Part shown: positions 35,803 to 49,502 of the stretch, piece by piece
How the letters are laid out: every line of letters starts with the position of its first letter
Numbering within the stretch: the first letter of the stretch is position 1
Source: Dehalococcoidia bacterium
GTDB lineage: Bacteria > Chloroflexota > Dehalococcoidia > Lucifugimonadales > JAGWBF01
Reading direction: 5' to 3'
Assembly: GCA_965261965.1 (NCBI GenBank)
Contig: OZ253489.1
Coordinates: 3,365,131 to 3,429,130, forward strand
DNA length: 64,000 nucleotides
Made by a program: the position numbers and the translations under genes
The notes under the pieces: model-generated
Databases searched by the model: none
The model's input: only the letters and a program-made list of their open reading frames with translations
Told to the model about the DNA's origin: nothing

Positions 35803-35848
35803 CTACTAGCCTGTCGAAACTCAAGCTACTGGCCTGTCGAAACTCAAG
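35803..35848. repeat. 23-bp tandem duplication (1 mismatch)
   Basis: CTACTAGCCTGTCGAAACTCAAG / CTACTGGCCTGTCGAAACTCAAG. Confidence 0.9.
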
Positions 35849-35900
35849 CGAATCTCTCCCACAAAATGGGTAGTCATCCCGTCCCATTGTACCAAAACGT

Positions 35901-35973
35901 CTGTGAGGTAGCTGTGAGAGTCAAGCCTTTTTGGACCGAATTTGTTGTGAGTTTTTCCTGGGCCAGCTATAAT
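35901..35973 (+). promoter_or_regulatory. sigma70 promoter TTGTGA-17-TATAAT with upstream CTGTGAG direct repeats 11 bp apart
   Basis: -35 at 35945-35950, -10 at 35968-35973; repeats at 35901 and 35912. Confidence 0.65.
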
Positions 35974-36062
35974 TGGGCTGGCCGGGCCGAGCGCGTTCTC
36001 CCATCCGGCGCGGCAACGACGGGCAGCGAACGGTCGGAGGCAGCCCGTTTCAAGGAGGGAAT

Positions 36063-38468
36063 ATGGAACAGGCAGACGATCAGGCGCGGGAGATAGCGGA
36101 GCTGCGGGACCGGCTGTCCCGGCTGAGCCAGGCCAGCCTGCGCATCAACGAGAGCCTCGACTTCGACACGGTGCTCCAGGGGGTGCTGGACAGCGCCTGC
36201 TCCCTGACAGGGGCGCGCTACGGCGTCATCACCCTCCTGGATGAGTCTGGGCGGATACAGGACTTCGTCACCTCCGGGCTGACTGCGGAAGAGCGCCAGC
36301 GATTTGTGGAGCTGCCCGAAGGGCTGAAGCTCTTCGAGCACCTCAGCCGGATCACCGAACCGCTGAGACTGCGGGACTTCCACAGCCATACCAGGGCGCT
36401 GGGCCTTCCCGAGTTCCGCCCGCCGATGGCGGTCAGCCCCGTTCTGACCTTCCTCGCCGCGCCCATCCGCCACCTGGGGGAGAGCGTCGGGGCCTTCTAC
36501 GTGGGCGAGAAGGAGGTGGAGTTCACCCCCGAGGACGAAGAGACCCTGGTGATGTTCGCCTCCCAGGCTGCGCTGGTCATCGCCAACGCCCGCAGGCACC
36601 GGGAGGAGCGGCGGGCCAGGGCCGGCCTGGAGACCCTGGTGAACACGACTCCCGTGGGCGTCCTGGTCTTCGACGCCAGGACGGGGGCTCCGGTGTCGCT
36701 CAACCGGGAGGCGAGACGGATCGTCAACGACCTGTGCGCGCCCGGCGGCTCGGCGGAGCAGCTGCTGGAGGTGCTGACCTTCCGGCGGGCCGACGGGCGG
36801 GAGGTCTCCCTGGAGGAGTTCCCCCTGGCCCAGGCGCTGAGCACGGGGGAGACGGTGCGGGCCGAGGAGATCGTCCTCCAGGCCCCCGACGGGCGGAGCG
36901 TCACCACCCTGATCAACGCCACGTCCATCCGCTCGGAGGAGGGAGAGGTCGAGTCGGTGGTCGTGACCATGCAGGACATGACGCCGATGGAGGAGATGGA
37001 GCGGTTGCGGGCCGAGTTCCTGGGCATGGTGAGCCACGAGCTGAGGACGCCGCTGACCTCCATCAAGGGATCAGCCGCCACGCTGACGGAGGCGGCGTCC
37101 GACCTGGACCCCGCCGAGATGCTCCAGTTCTTCCGCATCATCGGCGAGCAGGCCGACTACATGCGCGACCTGATCGGCGACCTGCTGGACGTGGCGCGCA
37201 TCGAGACGGGCGAGCTGTCGGTGGCCCCCGCGCCTGCGGATGTGGCGACCCTGGTGGACGAGGCCAGGAGCAGGTTCCAGAGCGGAGGGGGCAGGAACAA
37301 CCTCCGCATCGACCTCTCGCCGGAGCTGCCGCTGGTCATGGCGGACGGGCGCCGCATCATCCAGGTGCTGAACAACCTCCTCACCAACGCGGCCCGGCAC
37401 TCCCACGAGGCGTCCGCCATCGGGGTGTCCGCCGTGCGGGAGGGATACCACGTGGCGGTCTCCGTCACGGACGAGGGCAGAGGGATAGCCGCCGAGCGGC
37501 TGCCGCACCTGTTTCGGAAGTTCTCGCGCATCGACGGCGAGGACCGGAGACGGGACATCGCGGGGTCGGGCCTGGGCCTCGCCATCTGCAAGGGGATAGT
37601 GGAGGCCCACGGGGGCCGCATCTGGGCCGAGAGCGACGGGCCGGGCCTGGGGGCGCGGTTCACCTTCACGATTCCGGTGGCCCAGGACGCCGCTATCGGG
37701 GCCGCCCATCTCCCGGTGCGCTCCAGGCGGTCGGAGAGGGAACGGGAGCGCATCCTCGCGGTGGACGACGACCCGCAGACGCTGAGATACGTCCGGGACG
37801 CCCTCACGAATGCGGGCTACGCGCCGATTGTGACCGGCGACCCGCAGGAGGCGACGAGCCTCGTGCGGGCGAACGACCCCCACCTGGTGCTGCTGGACCT
37901 GATGCTGCCGGGGACCGACGGCATTGAGCTGATGGGGGACATCCTGGATATGGCGGACGTGCCGGTCATCTTCCTGTCGGCCTACGGCCAGGAGGAGATC
38001 ATCGCCAGGGCTTTCGAGAATGGAGCCGAGGACTACGTGGTCAAGCCCTTCTCGCCGACTGAGCTTGTGGCGAGGATCAAGGCGGCCCTGCGCAAGCGGG
38101 AAGCGCCCGAATGGGCCGAACCATCGGAACCTTACGTGTTTGGAGAGCTGACCATCGACTACGCCGAGCGCCGCGTGACGCTGGCCGGGCGTCCCGTGCA
38201 GCTGACCGCCATCGAGTACGGGCTGCTCTTCGAGCTATCGGCCAACGCCGGCCGCGTGATGACCTACGACCGGCTGCTGCAACGGGTCTGGGGCCTGCGG
38301 GGCTCCGGCGACTCCCGGCGGGTGCGCACCGCCGCGAAGCAGCTCCGCCGAAAGCTGGGCGACGACGCCAACAACCCCACCTACATCCTCAACGAGCCCC
38401 GCGTCGGCTACCGCATGGAGAAGGGGGAAGGGCAGGAGCGGGAGGACGGTTTCAGCCAGATGCGCTAG
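36063..38468 (+). CDS. Cytoplasmic hybrid sensor: GAF-PAS-HisKA-HATPase-REC-OmpR/PhoB winged helix
   Basis: VSHELRTPL H-box, NNLLTNA N-box, DEGRGI, GSGLGL, REC (VDDD, LLDLMLP, KPF), C-terminal LRRKLGDD...YILNEPRVGY; GGAGG RBS before ATG 36063. Confidence 0.9.
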   Translation: MEQADDQAREIAELRDRLSRLSQASLRINESLDFDTVLQGVLDSACSLTGARYGVITLLDESGRIQDFVTSGLTAEERQRFVELPEGLKLFEHLSRITEPLRLRDFHSHTRALGLPEFRPPMAVSPVLTFLAAPIRHLGESVGAFYVGEKEVEFTPEDEETLVMFASQAALVIANARRHREERRARAGLETLVNTTPVGVLVFDARTGAPVSLNREARRIVNDLCAPGGSAEQLLEVLTFRRADGREVSLEEFPLAQALSTGETVRAEEIVLQAPDGRSVTTLINATSIRSEEGEVESVVVTMQDMTPMEEMERLRAEFLGMVSHELRTPLTSIKGSAATLTEAASDLDPAEMLQFFRIIGEQADYMRDLIGDLLDVARIETGELSVAPAPADVATLVDEARSRFQSGGGRNNLRIDLSPELPLVMADGRRIIQVLNNLLTNAARHSHEASAIGVSAVREGYHVAVSVTDEGRGIAAERLPHLFRKFSRIDGEDRRRDIAGSGLGLAICKGIVEAHGGRIWAESDGPGLGARFTFTIPVAQDAAIGAAHLPVRSRRSERERERILAVDDDPQTLRYVRDALTNAGYAPIVTGDPQEATSLVRANDPHLVLLDLMLPGTDGIELMGDILDMADVPVIFLSAYGQEEIIARAFENGAEDYVVKPFSPTELVARIKAALRKREAPEWAEPSEPYVFGELTIDYAERRVTLAGRPVQLTAIEYGLLFELSANAGRVMTYDRLLQRVWGLRGSGDSRRVRTAAKQLRRKLGDDANNPTYILNEPRVGYRMEKGEGQEREDGFSQMR

Positions 38469-38577
38469 GCGCAAGATGCGGGCATCTCATGTTGTCCGAC
38501 TCTTGGCGGGGTATTGATTATCTTTCTGTGTTTGTCATATTCTTACCTTACAGTATCCACCAAGGGAGGAGTAGGAG

Positions 38578-38880
38578 ATGGAAACCAAGAGGAAGAGACT
38601 TACCTTGGACCTGGACCCCACCTTTCAGCGTCGGCTAAAAGCCATCGCCGCACTCAAAGGCGTCAGTATGCGTGGGTACTGCCAAACTGCGATTGATCGG
38701 GAGTTGACAATGGACGAAGCCAACGGGATGGCCGGACTGTTGTCTGACAAACCGGACCATGAGTTGTTTGCAGAACTCCGGCAAGAGGTATTCGGGGGCA
38801 AGCCTCTTCCTGGAAGTTCCGCCGACTTGATCCGGGAGGCCCGTGAGATCAGGGATGCCGAAACTGCGGGGTGGGCGTGA
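38578..38880 (+). CDS. RHH-like antitoxin
   Basis: KRLTLDLDPTFQRRLKAIAALKGVSMRGYCQTAI; overlaps the downstream PIN gene. Confidence 0.7.
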   Translation: METKRKRLTLDLDPTFQRRLKAIAALKGVSMRGYCQTAIDRELTMDEANGMAGLLSDKPDHELFAELRQEVFGGKPLPGSSADLIREAREIRDAETAGWA

Positions 38881-39320
38881 GCGGGTCCGTCGTAGTCGAT
38901 GCAAGCCTGGCGGTCAAGTGGCTAGTTGAAGAGGATGACTCTGATAAAGCCCACGCCGCCCTCCAGTCCTGGGTTGCCCAGGACATCACCCGCATCGCCC
39001 CGCACCTCATGCCCTTCGAGGTCGCCAACGCCCTCCACCGGCGCGTGTTGCGTGGTGAACTGAACGTAAGCGACAGCACTCGCATGATCGCACGGCTGCT
39101 TGAGTCGCGGCTTGAACTCCATCAACCGCCTGGTCTCCACGTCAGAGCGCTGCAACTTGCAAGCCAGCTCAAGCAGAATGCGGCCTATGACGCCCACTAT
39201 CTGGCGTTGGCCGAAAGTTTCGATTGCGAACTGTGGACCGCTGACGAGAGATTCTACCGGGCGGCAAGCCCAAGCGTTGACAGCGTGCACTGGATTGGCG
39301 AGTTCAGTGTGCCGGAGTAG
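38877..39320 (+). CDS. vapC: PIN-domain VapC toxin
   Basis: VVDASLAVKW, FEVANAL, AYDAHYLALA, LWTAD motifs. Confidence 0.9.
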   Translation: MSGSVVVDASLAVKWLVEEDDSDKAHAALQSWVAQDITRIAPHLMPFEVANALHRRVLRGELNVSDSTRMIARLLESRLELHQPPGLHVRALQLASQLKQNAAYDAHYLALAESFDCELWTADERFYRAASPSVDSVHWIGEFSVPE

Positions 39321-39412
39321 CGGGTAGGGCTGATTCGAATAGGTAACGCCGTGGAGTGCGGTCTCGTTCTCTGGCTTGCCCTATTGGAAATCCAATTGAT
39401 CAGAGGGTCCAA

Positions 39413-42400
39413 GTGTCCATTCAGATAGACTACAACGACCCCCGGTACGCCCAGGCCGCCGCCGAGATTCTGCGGCGGCACGACAGTGGCGAGCCCGAGG
39501 CGAACATCACCAGCGCGGTTCGTGATTTCCTCATCATCACGGGTCTCGTGAGGGCCGATGAGACCGCGGAGGAGAACCCGCCCGCACAAGGTTCGCGCCG
39601 CGCCGTAGACCTTGCCGCCCTCGACACCTTCATCGAGTTCAAACGCCGGATCGGGACCGCGGGAGGCTTCAACCCGAATCCCGAGTACGTCCAGCAACTC
39701 GACGACTACCTGGAGCAGTCAGAGAAGCAGGGACGGATGCGCATGGGCATCCTCACGGACGGCAAGCGATGGCTGCTGCGCTGGCCCAACGCCGGGCCGG
39801 TCAGGACGGCCCTGCCTTATGCCTACACATTGGAGGACGCAGACCGCTGGATTACCCTCTTCGAGTGGCTTCGCGACCATGCCCTCTCCGCAGAGGGAGA
39901 CAAGCAGCCGTCCCGCTCCGCCATCGCACAGCACTTCGGCCCAACGGCCCCATCGTATGAGCGGGACATAGCGGCCCTCAATGCTCTCTACGTCCGGCAC
40001 ACCGAATCCAGCACCATCAGGGTCAAGAGGCAGTTGTGGGAGAACCTGCTTACGGCCGCCCTGGGCGAGATTGCTAGGTCCAGCGCTCAACTGGACGACC
40101 TGTTCGTCCGACATACCTACCTAAGCGCTGTCATCGGCATGGTGGTCCAAGCGTCCTTCGGCGGCGACATCAGGCGCTTGGCGGAGAATGATCCGGCGGA
40201 CCTGCTCCTTGGCCGCGACTTTCGAAGCAAGACCGGTCTTCAGGGGGTCGTGGAGTCGGACTTCTTCGCGTGGCCCACTGAGGTGGGAGGAATGCCCCTG
40301 CTGACAACCCTGGCCCGGCGCATAGCGAGGTTCGACTGGCAGAAGGCTCCCAATGACGTCGCGGCCATCCTCTACGAGACCGTCATTCCGCCCGATGAGC
40401 GGCGTCAGCTGGGAGAGTACTACACCCCGGACTGGCTGGCGCGGACCATCGTGCGGGAGGTGGTGACCGAACCCCTCGACCAGTACGTCCTTGACCCGGC
40501 CTGCGGGTCAGGAACCTTCGTCGCCGAGGCGGTCAGCCACTTCATTGAGGCCGCAAATACTACCGACCTCGATTCCAAAGAGGTGTTGGAGTGGCTGCGC
40601 TTTTCCGTTGCCGGTATCGACATTCACCCAGTGGCGGTGCACCTTGCCAGGGCCGCATGGGTGTTGGCGGCGCAGCCTGCGATAAAGGCTGCGGTCGAGG
40701 ACGGCTTCGCAGCGAACATCACCGTTCCTGTCTACCTCGGAGACGCCCTCCAGCTCCGATTTCGCACCGGCGATATGTTCGCGGAACACAACGTAACCGT
40801 CCAGGTAGAGGATGAGGAAAACACGGAGTTGGTCTTTCCCGTGAGTCTGGTGGAGCAGGCAGAGACCTTTGACGCTCTGATGAGCGACGTTGCAGAGGCC
40901 ATTGAGAAGGGCGACGACCCCACCTTGGCCCTCGACGACAATCAGATAACAGGCTCGGGGCAGCGGCAGACCCTGGGGGAGACCATCTCCACTATGCAGC
41001 GGTTGCACGCCGAGGGCCGCAATCACATTTGGGCATACTACACCCGCAATCTGGTGCGGCCAGTGGCCCTGTCTCGCAGCAAGGTGGACGTGATCGTCGG
41101 CAACCCGCCGTGGCTGAACTACAACCAGACGGTTAGCACGCTGCGAACGGAATTGGAGAGGCAAAGCAGAAGCACCTACGGAATCTGGGCGGGTGGCCGG
41201 TACGCCACGCATCAGGACGTGGCTGGGCTGTTCTTTGCTCGCAGCGTCGACCTGTACCTGAAGGACGGCGGGGTTATTGCCATGGTGATGCCCCACAGCG
41301 CCTTGCAGGCGGGCCAATACACCAAGTGGCGTGGCGGTGCGTGGCGGGCCGAACCAAGCGGCAGGGGAAAAAATCGCGCTCCGGTCCGCGTCCTGACGGT
41401 TGACTTCGGCTACAAGACGGCCTGGGATTTGGAACGACTGGAACCCAACACCTTCTTCCCCGTTCCGGCGTCGGTGGCGTTTGCCAGACGCAGCGGCGAG
41501 GATGGCAAGGCGACTCCTCTGGCTGGCGAAGTGGAGCGGTGGCTGGGCATTGCGGGGGCGACTGATGTTCACCGGACGCGCGTGTCGATCACTGACACCT
41601 CGGTTGGCGGCGATTCACCCTACGCTGGCTACTCCCGACAGGGGGCTTCAATTGTTCCTCGCTGTCTGTTCTTCGTGGAGGAGACCACGAATCTCACAAT
41701 CGTTCAGGCCGGACAGACGGTCACCGTGAATCCGCGTCGAGGCTCTCAGGACAAGGAGCCGTGGAGGAGCCTCGACTTGTTCGCCATATCGGAGCAGACG
41801 GTTGAGGCTCCCCATGTGTTCGACGTTCATCTGGGAGAGACAATCGTTCCTTACGCAACGCTCGACCCGCTACGGGCGGCTTTGCCATTGAGACGAGGTG
41901 AGTTCCGAGTTCCATCTGCCGACGACGGCGTGGGCGGAATTCGCTTGGGCGGATTGAGTCAGAGGATGCGGAACCGATGGCGGATCGTCAGCAGCGTGTG
42001 GAACGAGAATCGGGCGGCGGCCAACAAGATGGGTTTGCTGGGACAGTTGGACTACTACGGCAAAGCTCTCGTCTCAGCTTGAATGGAGGCAGGACCCCGG
42101 GAATAGGCCGGTGCGAGTGGCGTATAACCAGTCAGGAGCGCCGACGGCCGCGCTAATTCAGGGCAATGAGTCGCTGGTAGATTACACGCTATTCTGGATA
42201 ACTTGCTGCGATATTCAGGAAGCCAACTATCTTCTAGCCATTATCAATAGCCAAGCTCTGTATGAAGCCGTGGCTTCATTGATGCCCAAGGGCCAGTTCG
42301 GTGCGCGCCACTTGGAAAAACACTTGTGGAAGCTGCCCATCCCGGAGTTCGACGCCGAGGATTCGTTACACGCCGTCGTATCCGAGGCTGGCAGAGTGGC

Positions 42401-42563
42401 GGCAGAGGGAGCGGCTGAGCGATTGGCCCGGCTGCGCCAGGACCGGGGAGAGGTGACCGTCACCATCGCCCGGCGGGAGATCCGGAAATGGCTACGAGAG
42501 TCGGACGAGGGCAAGGCCGTGGAAGAGGCAGTCGGGGCATTGTTGGCAAACAAGGCAGGTTGA
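39413..42563 (+). pseudogene. Type IIG-like fused restriction-modification gene with a +1 frameshift near 42062
   Basis: N-terminal D...IEFKR nuclease, GEYYTP, VLDPACGSGTF, IVGNPPW. Removing one A from CAAAG (42061-42065) joins LDYYGK to LSSQLEW...RVAYNQSG and the 42111-42563 ORF. Confidence 0.8.
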
Positions 42564-42641
42564 AACCGCGTCTAGTGTCTGTATTGCACTTTAGGCGAAG
42601 CCAGAAGTCAGAGTGCCAACTTCAAGAGGAGTATATGAACA

Positions 42642-43748
42642 ATGACCAGAACGGATCGAACAGTAGCGGATCGCCAACAGTCTCTGCAACCGGCTCATCC
42701 GGAAGCGCACTTTACGTTAGCCGGAGCACGGAGAATGCACGCGGGCCTAGGGGGTAAGGAGTTCTGTTGCACGATCAGTGAGTATTGTCGTACACAGATT
42801 TTCGAGTTTCCGGGGATCGCTTTCCATGCGGACGGCGACGAACCTCACCACGACATTTACGCGTCTTCTTCGGTTCAGGCGTGTGTCGCTTCAAATCTAG
42901 TGGACTACTTCGTGAACTCGACGCGTAGTAAGCATTACGCCATCAGCCCTAGCTTGCGGCATTTGGTCGGCGAGACCGATGAGAAGACCAAACTGCAACA
43001 GAAGGGTCGAGTACCAGTGTTCCTGGTGATCGAGGAGTCTAACCAGTTGACGCCAGTAGAGATGGTCAAGGGTGAATGCAGTATGTCGGACGAGATAGTC
43101 GTGGAAGATGGCGAACAAGTATCCATGTTGGTCGGCGGTAGGGAGGGAGAGGAGTTCATAATCGCTAGTCCTACCATTGACGGAGCGTGGCCCGAACTGC
43201 CCAACAACCAACAGTTGGTAAACATGATACTAGCTGGCGTCCGTGTCGGTCAGAAGACTCCGGATCCGATAGACAAATACGTAGACCAGAACTGTCTAGT
43301 GACAGACGACGGCCGGTTCGTAGTGATGCTGCGCCCTACGGCGTCGGTGAGATTGAGCAAAGTCACGCCGATGGATACCACCGCGTACAGAGGCAGGGCA
43401 TCTGATATGCGCAGGGCCATTGCTGCTATAGAACAGGATATTGGTGCCCCCCACATGGCGCTGCTAGTCAACTCGATGTACAGAGATGAGTACAAGGACG
43501 ATGCCTACCAGCGCCTCCAGTATTTGCAGTTATGGCAATCGTTGCAAGACGCGGGAAGGAAATATCTCAACTACCAGGGGAAGAGTATCAAGCATGACAA
43601 GGTAGTTGTGGCAGGCAAGAAGACTCTGCAGGAGCTAACTGATTACAGGGATGATATCGCTCATTGGTGGACGGACACCATTGATGAGAACTTCTTGGCA
43701 GACCTCCAGCGAACAATAAACGAACTGGTTAGCCGTAAGTATTTCTGA
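42642..43748 (+). CDS. Hypothetical protein with a C-terminal HEPN-like R-x4-H motif
   Basis: YLQLWQSL...YRDDIAHW; RBS GAGGAG upstream. Confidence 0.5.
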   Translation: MTRTDRTVADRQQSLQPAHPEAHFTLAGARRMHAGLGGKEFCCTISEYCRTQIFEFPGIAFHADGDEPHHDIYASSSVQACVASNLVDYFVNSTRSKHYAISPSLRHLVGETDEKTKLQQKGRVPVFLVIEESNQLTPVEMVKGECSMSDEIVVEDGEQVSMLVGGREGEEFIIASPTIDGAWPELPNNQQLVNMILAGVRVGQKTPDPIDKYVDQNCLVTDDGRFVVMLRPTASVRLSKVTPMDTTAYRGRASDMRRAIAAIEQDIGAPHMALLVNSMYRDEYKDDAYQRLQYLQLWQSLQDAGRKYLNYQGKSIKHDKVVVAGKKTLQELTDYRDDIAHWWTDTIDENFLADLQRTINELVSRKYF

Positions 43749-43772
43749 TTGCCTGACTAGTAGGGAGTACAG

Positions 43773-45065
43773 ATGAAGGGAAATTGTCCGAGATGTGGTG
43801 AGCAGGAGCTGGTGCCACAGCCAACAAGAGTCTTTCGACTCAGCCTGCCGTGGCTTAACTCCCTTGCCCAAGCCGAGACTCCGTACGTTTGCCAAAATTG
43901 CGGTAGCGAGGTAAGAACCGAAATCCAGAACTTTGACAATTATTCGCCTAGGGCTTCACTCCGGAGTAGCGGCAAGAGCGAGACAGTAGAACTTACATAT
44001 TTGAATTGGTTCGGCAGACCGTTTCTAGGTATGCATGGCGTGACCCGGCTTCAAGATCGCGTGTTCATACCGACCTCAGAAGGCCGTATCCAAGACGGTA
44101 GCGTTGTTGACCAGTACGGTGATCCTGACCTCATGGCAGAAATGGCACGAGAGTACCTTCGTCAGTTCTGGACTCTGTTGCCCAGGGGCCGGTTTCCGAA
44201 CAGCCTCAAGGAGGCCATGCCGGCGCTTCTATTGCTAGTGACGTCGGCAGAGCAAGCGTTGAAGTCCTTTGGGATTCGCTCGGAGAATCCTGCCCATGTG
44301 CACTCTCTCAAGGACCTGTACGACGATCTCAACAACGAGTACAAGATTGAAACAGAGCGTTTGTTCCGCCAGTCAGAAATAGTCGCTGCAATTCTGGAAC
44401 AAAGACAAGAGGCACCCACAATCGAACAAATCTTGTCGCTCTACTCCAATACGTACGGTCAACGAGATGGAGTGTATGTGGACGTCAGGTACTTCGCAGA
44501 ACCCACTACCATGCTTCCGCAGTCGAGTAATCTTCACGGCAGCAACCTGGTGAAAGGATTAACTCCCTACCCGGTATTCCTGCCTGCGATAGTTGAGGCG
44601 TTGCTGGAGGCGTACAGGATTACTTCTGGGGTAGAGCGCTTACGCCGACGAGGGGCAGACATCCAAGGCAACATCCGGGACGAAGGCACGGGGAGTCACG
44701 GCGACTGGGGTTTAGTCCCCACTTCTTTGGGACTGGTTGTTGTCGCTGCCCCCCAAAGCGTGGCACTGGACTCCGCAGGGCAAGAGACGGAAATCTTCTC
44801 TAACTTCACTGCCAGTCACCCTCCGGGTCTGCAAATCGGTTGGTCGCATGGCGGAAGTAGACTCCTCTTCTATGGTGACGACCAAAGAAGAGGGCGCGAT
44901 GAAGACATAGAAATCGATGGGCTTGGGTGTCGCTTGTGGCGACACGGGCGTCTAGGAATGCATGCCAGGGATGTTAATCAACTGGCGGATGTGCTCGATG
45001 GGGCGGACCGGGGGGACTGGGAACTCGGACCCCTCGTCGCACTCCATGAGTCGGCCTCGGGGTAG
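43773..45065 (+). CDS. Hypothetical protein: N-terminal zinc ribbon + central HEPN-like domain
   Basis: CPRCG...CQNCG; SAEQALKS...HSLKDLYDDL...YVDVRY resembles the classical HEPN pattern. Confidence 0.5.
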   Translation: MKGNCPRCGEQELVPQPTRVFRLSLPWLNSLAQAETPYVCQNCGSEVRTEIQNFDNYSPRASLRSSGKSETVELTYLNWFGRPFLGMHGVTRLQDRVFIPTSEGRIQDGSVVDQYGDPDLMAEMAREYLRQFWTLLPRGRFPNSLKEAMPALLLLVTSAEQALKSFGIRSENPAHVHSLKDLYDDLNNEYKIETERLFRQSEIVAAILEQRQEAPTIEQILSLYSNTYGQRDGVYVDVRYFAEPTTMLPQSSNLHGSNLVKGLTPYPVFLPAIVEALLEAYRITSGVERLRRRGADIQGNIRDEGTGSHGDWGLVPTSLGLVVVAAPQSVALDSAGQETEIFSNFTASHPPGLQIGWSHGGSRLLFYGDDQRRGRDEDIEIDGLGCRLWRHGRLGMHARDVNQLADVLDGADRGDWELGPLVALHESASG

Positions 45066-45309
45066 GAGGCACACCTTTGAGGGTTGGGTAGACTCGGAGA
45101 GCCAAACGCCAGTCGGGACACGTGAGTGTAATCCAGGAGGAGCAGGAGGGCGCAATTGAGCCAAAGGAGATTCACAAAGCCCCCAACCACATCTCGAAGA
45201 CGGTACCACCTACCGTCCACTCAGGCCCACCAGACTTGACGAAATCAAGAACTTTCACGCTGCGGTTCAAGCTGGCGGTATAGGGAAGCGCTGACCTTCC
45301 ACAGCGAAC

Positions 45310-48449
<3,140 letters not shown>

Positions 48450-48453
<4 letters not shown>

Positions 48454-48962
48454 TTCGTCCAGTCCACAACTCCAGCGATCGCCAGAATAATCATAACTGC
48501 CAAGACCACGTGTAGCACGGCAAACAGGATGGGTATCCAACGTTCTATGGTCGTCCCTGCCCGATAGGTATTTCCTTTCCCCTCCTGCGCCAAATGCCAC
48601 TCATACTTGTACAACGCTGCCGGCAAGTGCTGCTCGAGCTCGTGAATCACCTTGAACTTGATGCGGTTCAGGTCGGCGTGGGACTTGATGATCAGATACC
48701 AGAGCAATGAGACGGGAATCCCTATAACAGGGATAAGCAAAGTCCAGTAGCCTTGGCCGAAGTTTGCCGACTGTACGCCGTACAGCGCAACAAGCGCGGC
48801 GTTGAGGGTCAGCAAATAGCGATTTGATGCGACACGCCGTCCACTGACGTTCTCGGCAGATTGCACGTAGAGCTTGTACTGCTCCAATAGGTCTGAACCG
48901 AAAGTGTCACCGTAGGACTCTTTAGTATTGTTAATCAGATGTGTATCAGAATGGCACGACAT
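48450..48962 (-). CDS. Small membrane protein (2-3 TM), candidate effector of the adjacent TIR protein
   Basis: [18 protein letters not shown]...NRYLLTLN, hydrophobic segments; 6 nt from the TIR stop and coupled to hsdR. Confidence 0.7.
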
Positions 48963-48968
48963 GCGCAG

Positions 48969-49358
48969 CTACCTTTGTCCAGCAATCAGCTTCCTCAGAT
49001 TCTCCCAGGTCCAGTTGTATATCTTGTCTGAACTACGGGCCATGCGTGGCTTAGTGCATGTCTTGTTAGGACGCCCCTTCAACAGGAAATACGGCTTTCT
49101 TTCCTCCTGGGTGATGGTCAACTCAGCAGCAACACCCGTGGCATCGTGAGTATGCTCTCCACAGATTACGATCGTGAGGTCAGTTCTACGTATGCGGTCC
49201 CGCACCTTGACCTTCCAATTGCCCGTCAACGCCTCTTGGAGCGACCAGTCTGCGATTTCAAACGGTGAGTCAGGATTCCTAGCCTGACCCTTCAAGGCGT
49301 CTCTGAGCTCTTCGTCATGGTCGAAATCAAAGCTGATGAACGCTCGCTTCATTGCCAT
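48969..49358 (-). CDS. Stand-alone TIR-like domain protein (MTH538/DUF1863, ThsB-like)
   Basis: KRAFISFDFDHD, DWS..E, IVICGEHT, GVAAELTI (catalytic-type Glu). Confidence 0.8.
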   Translation of the reverse strand: MAMKRAFISFDFDHDEELRDALKGQARNPDSPFEIADWSLQEALTGNWKVKVRDRIRRTDLTIVICGEHTHDATGVAAELTITQEERKPYFLLKGRPNKTCTKPRMARSSDKIYNWTWENLRKLIAGQR

Positions 49359-49433
49359 TATCTTGTTGCCTCCCAAGTTTCGTTGTGTTTCGATCTGTGG
49401 AAGCCGTCATGTTTCGCCTATCTCTGTACCCAC

Positions 49434-49502
49434 CTACCAGCAGAGGGCTGCGAGCCAGTCTAGGGCAGCGGAGTCAACATCGGCTTCGGTGATGCTGGTC
49501 AT
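49434..49502 (-). pseudogene. Duplicated 5' stub of hsdR (MTSITEADVDSAALDWLAALCW*)
   Basis: Matches the hsdR start [22 protein letters not shown] at DNA and protein level; its ATG abuts the kwaB stop. Confidence 0.8.
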
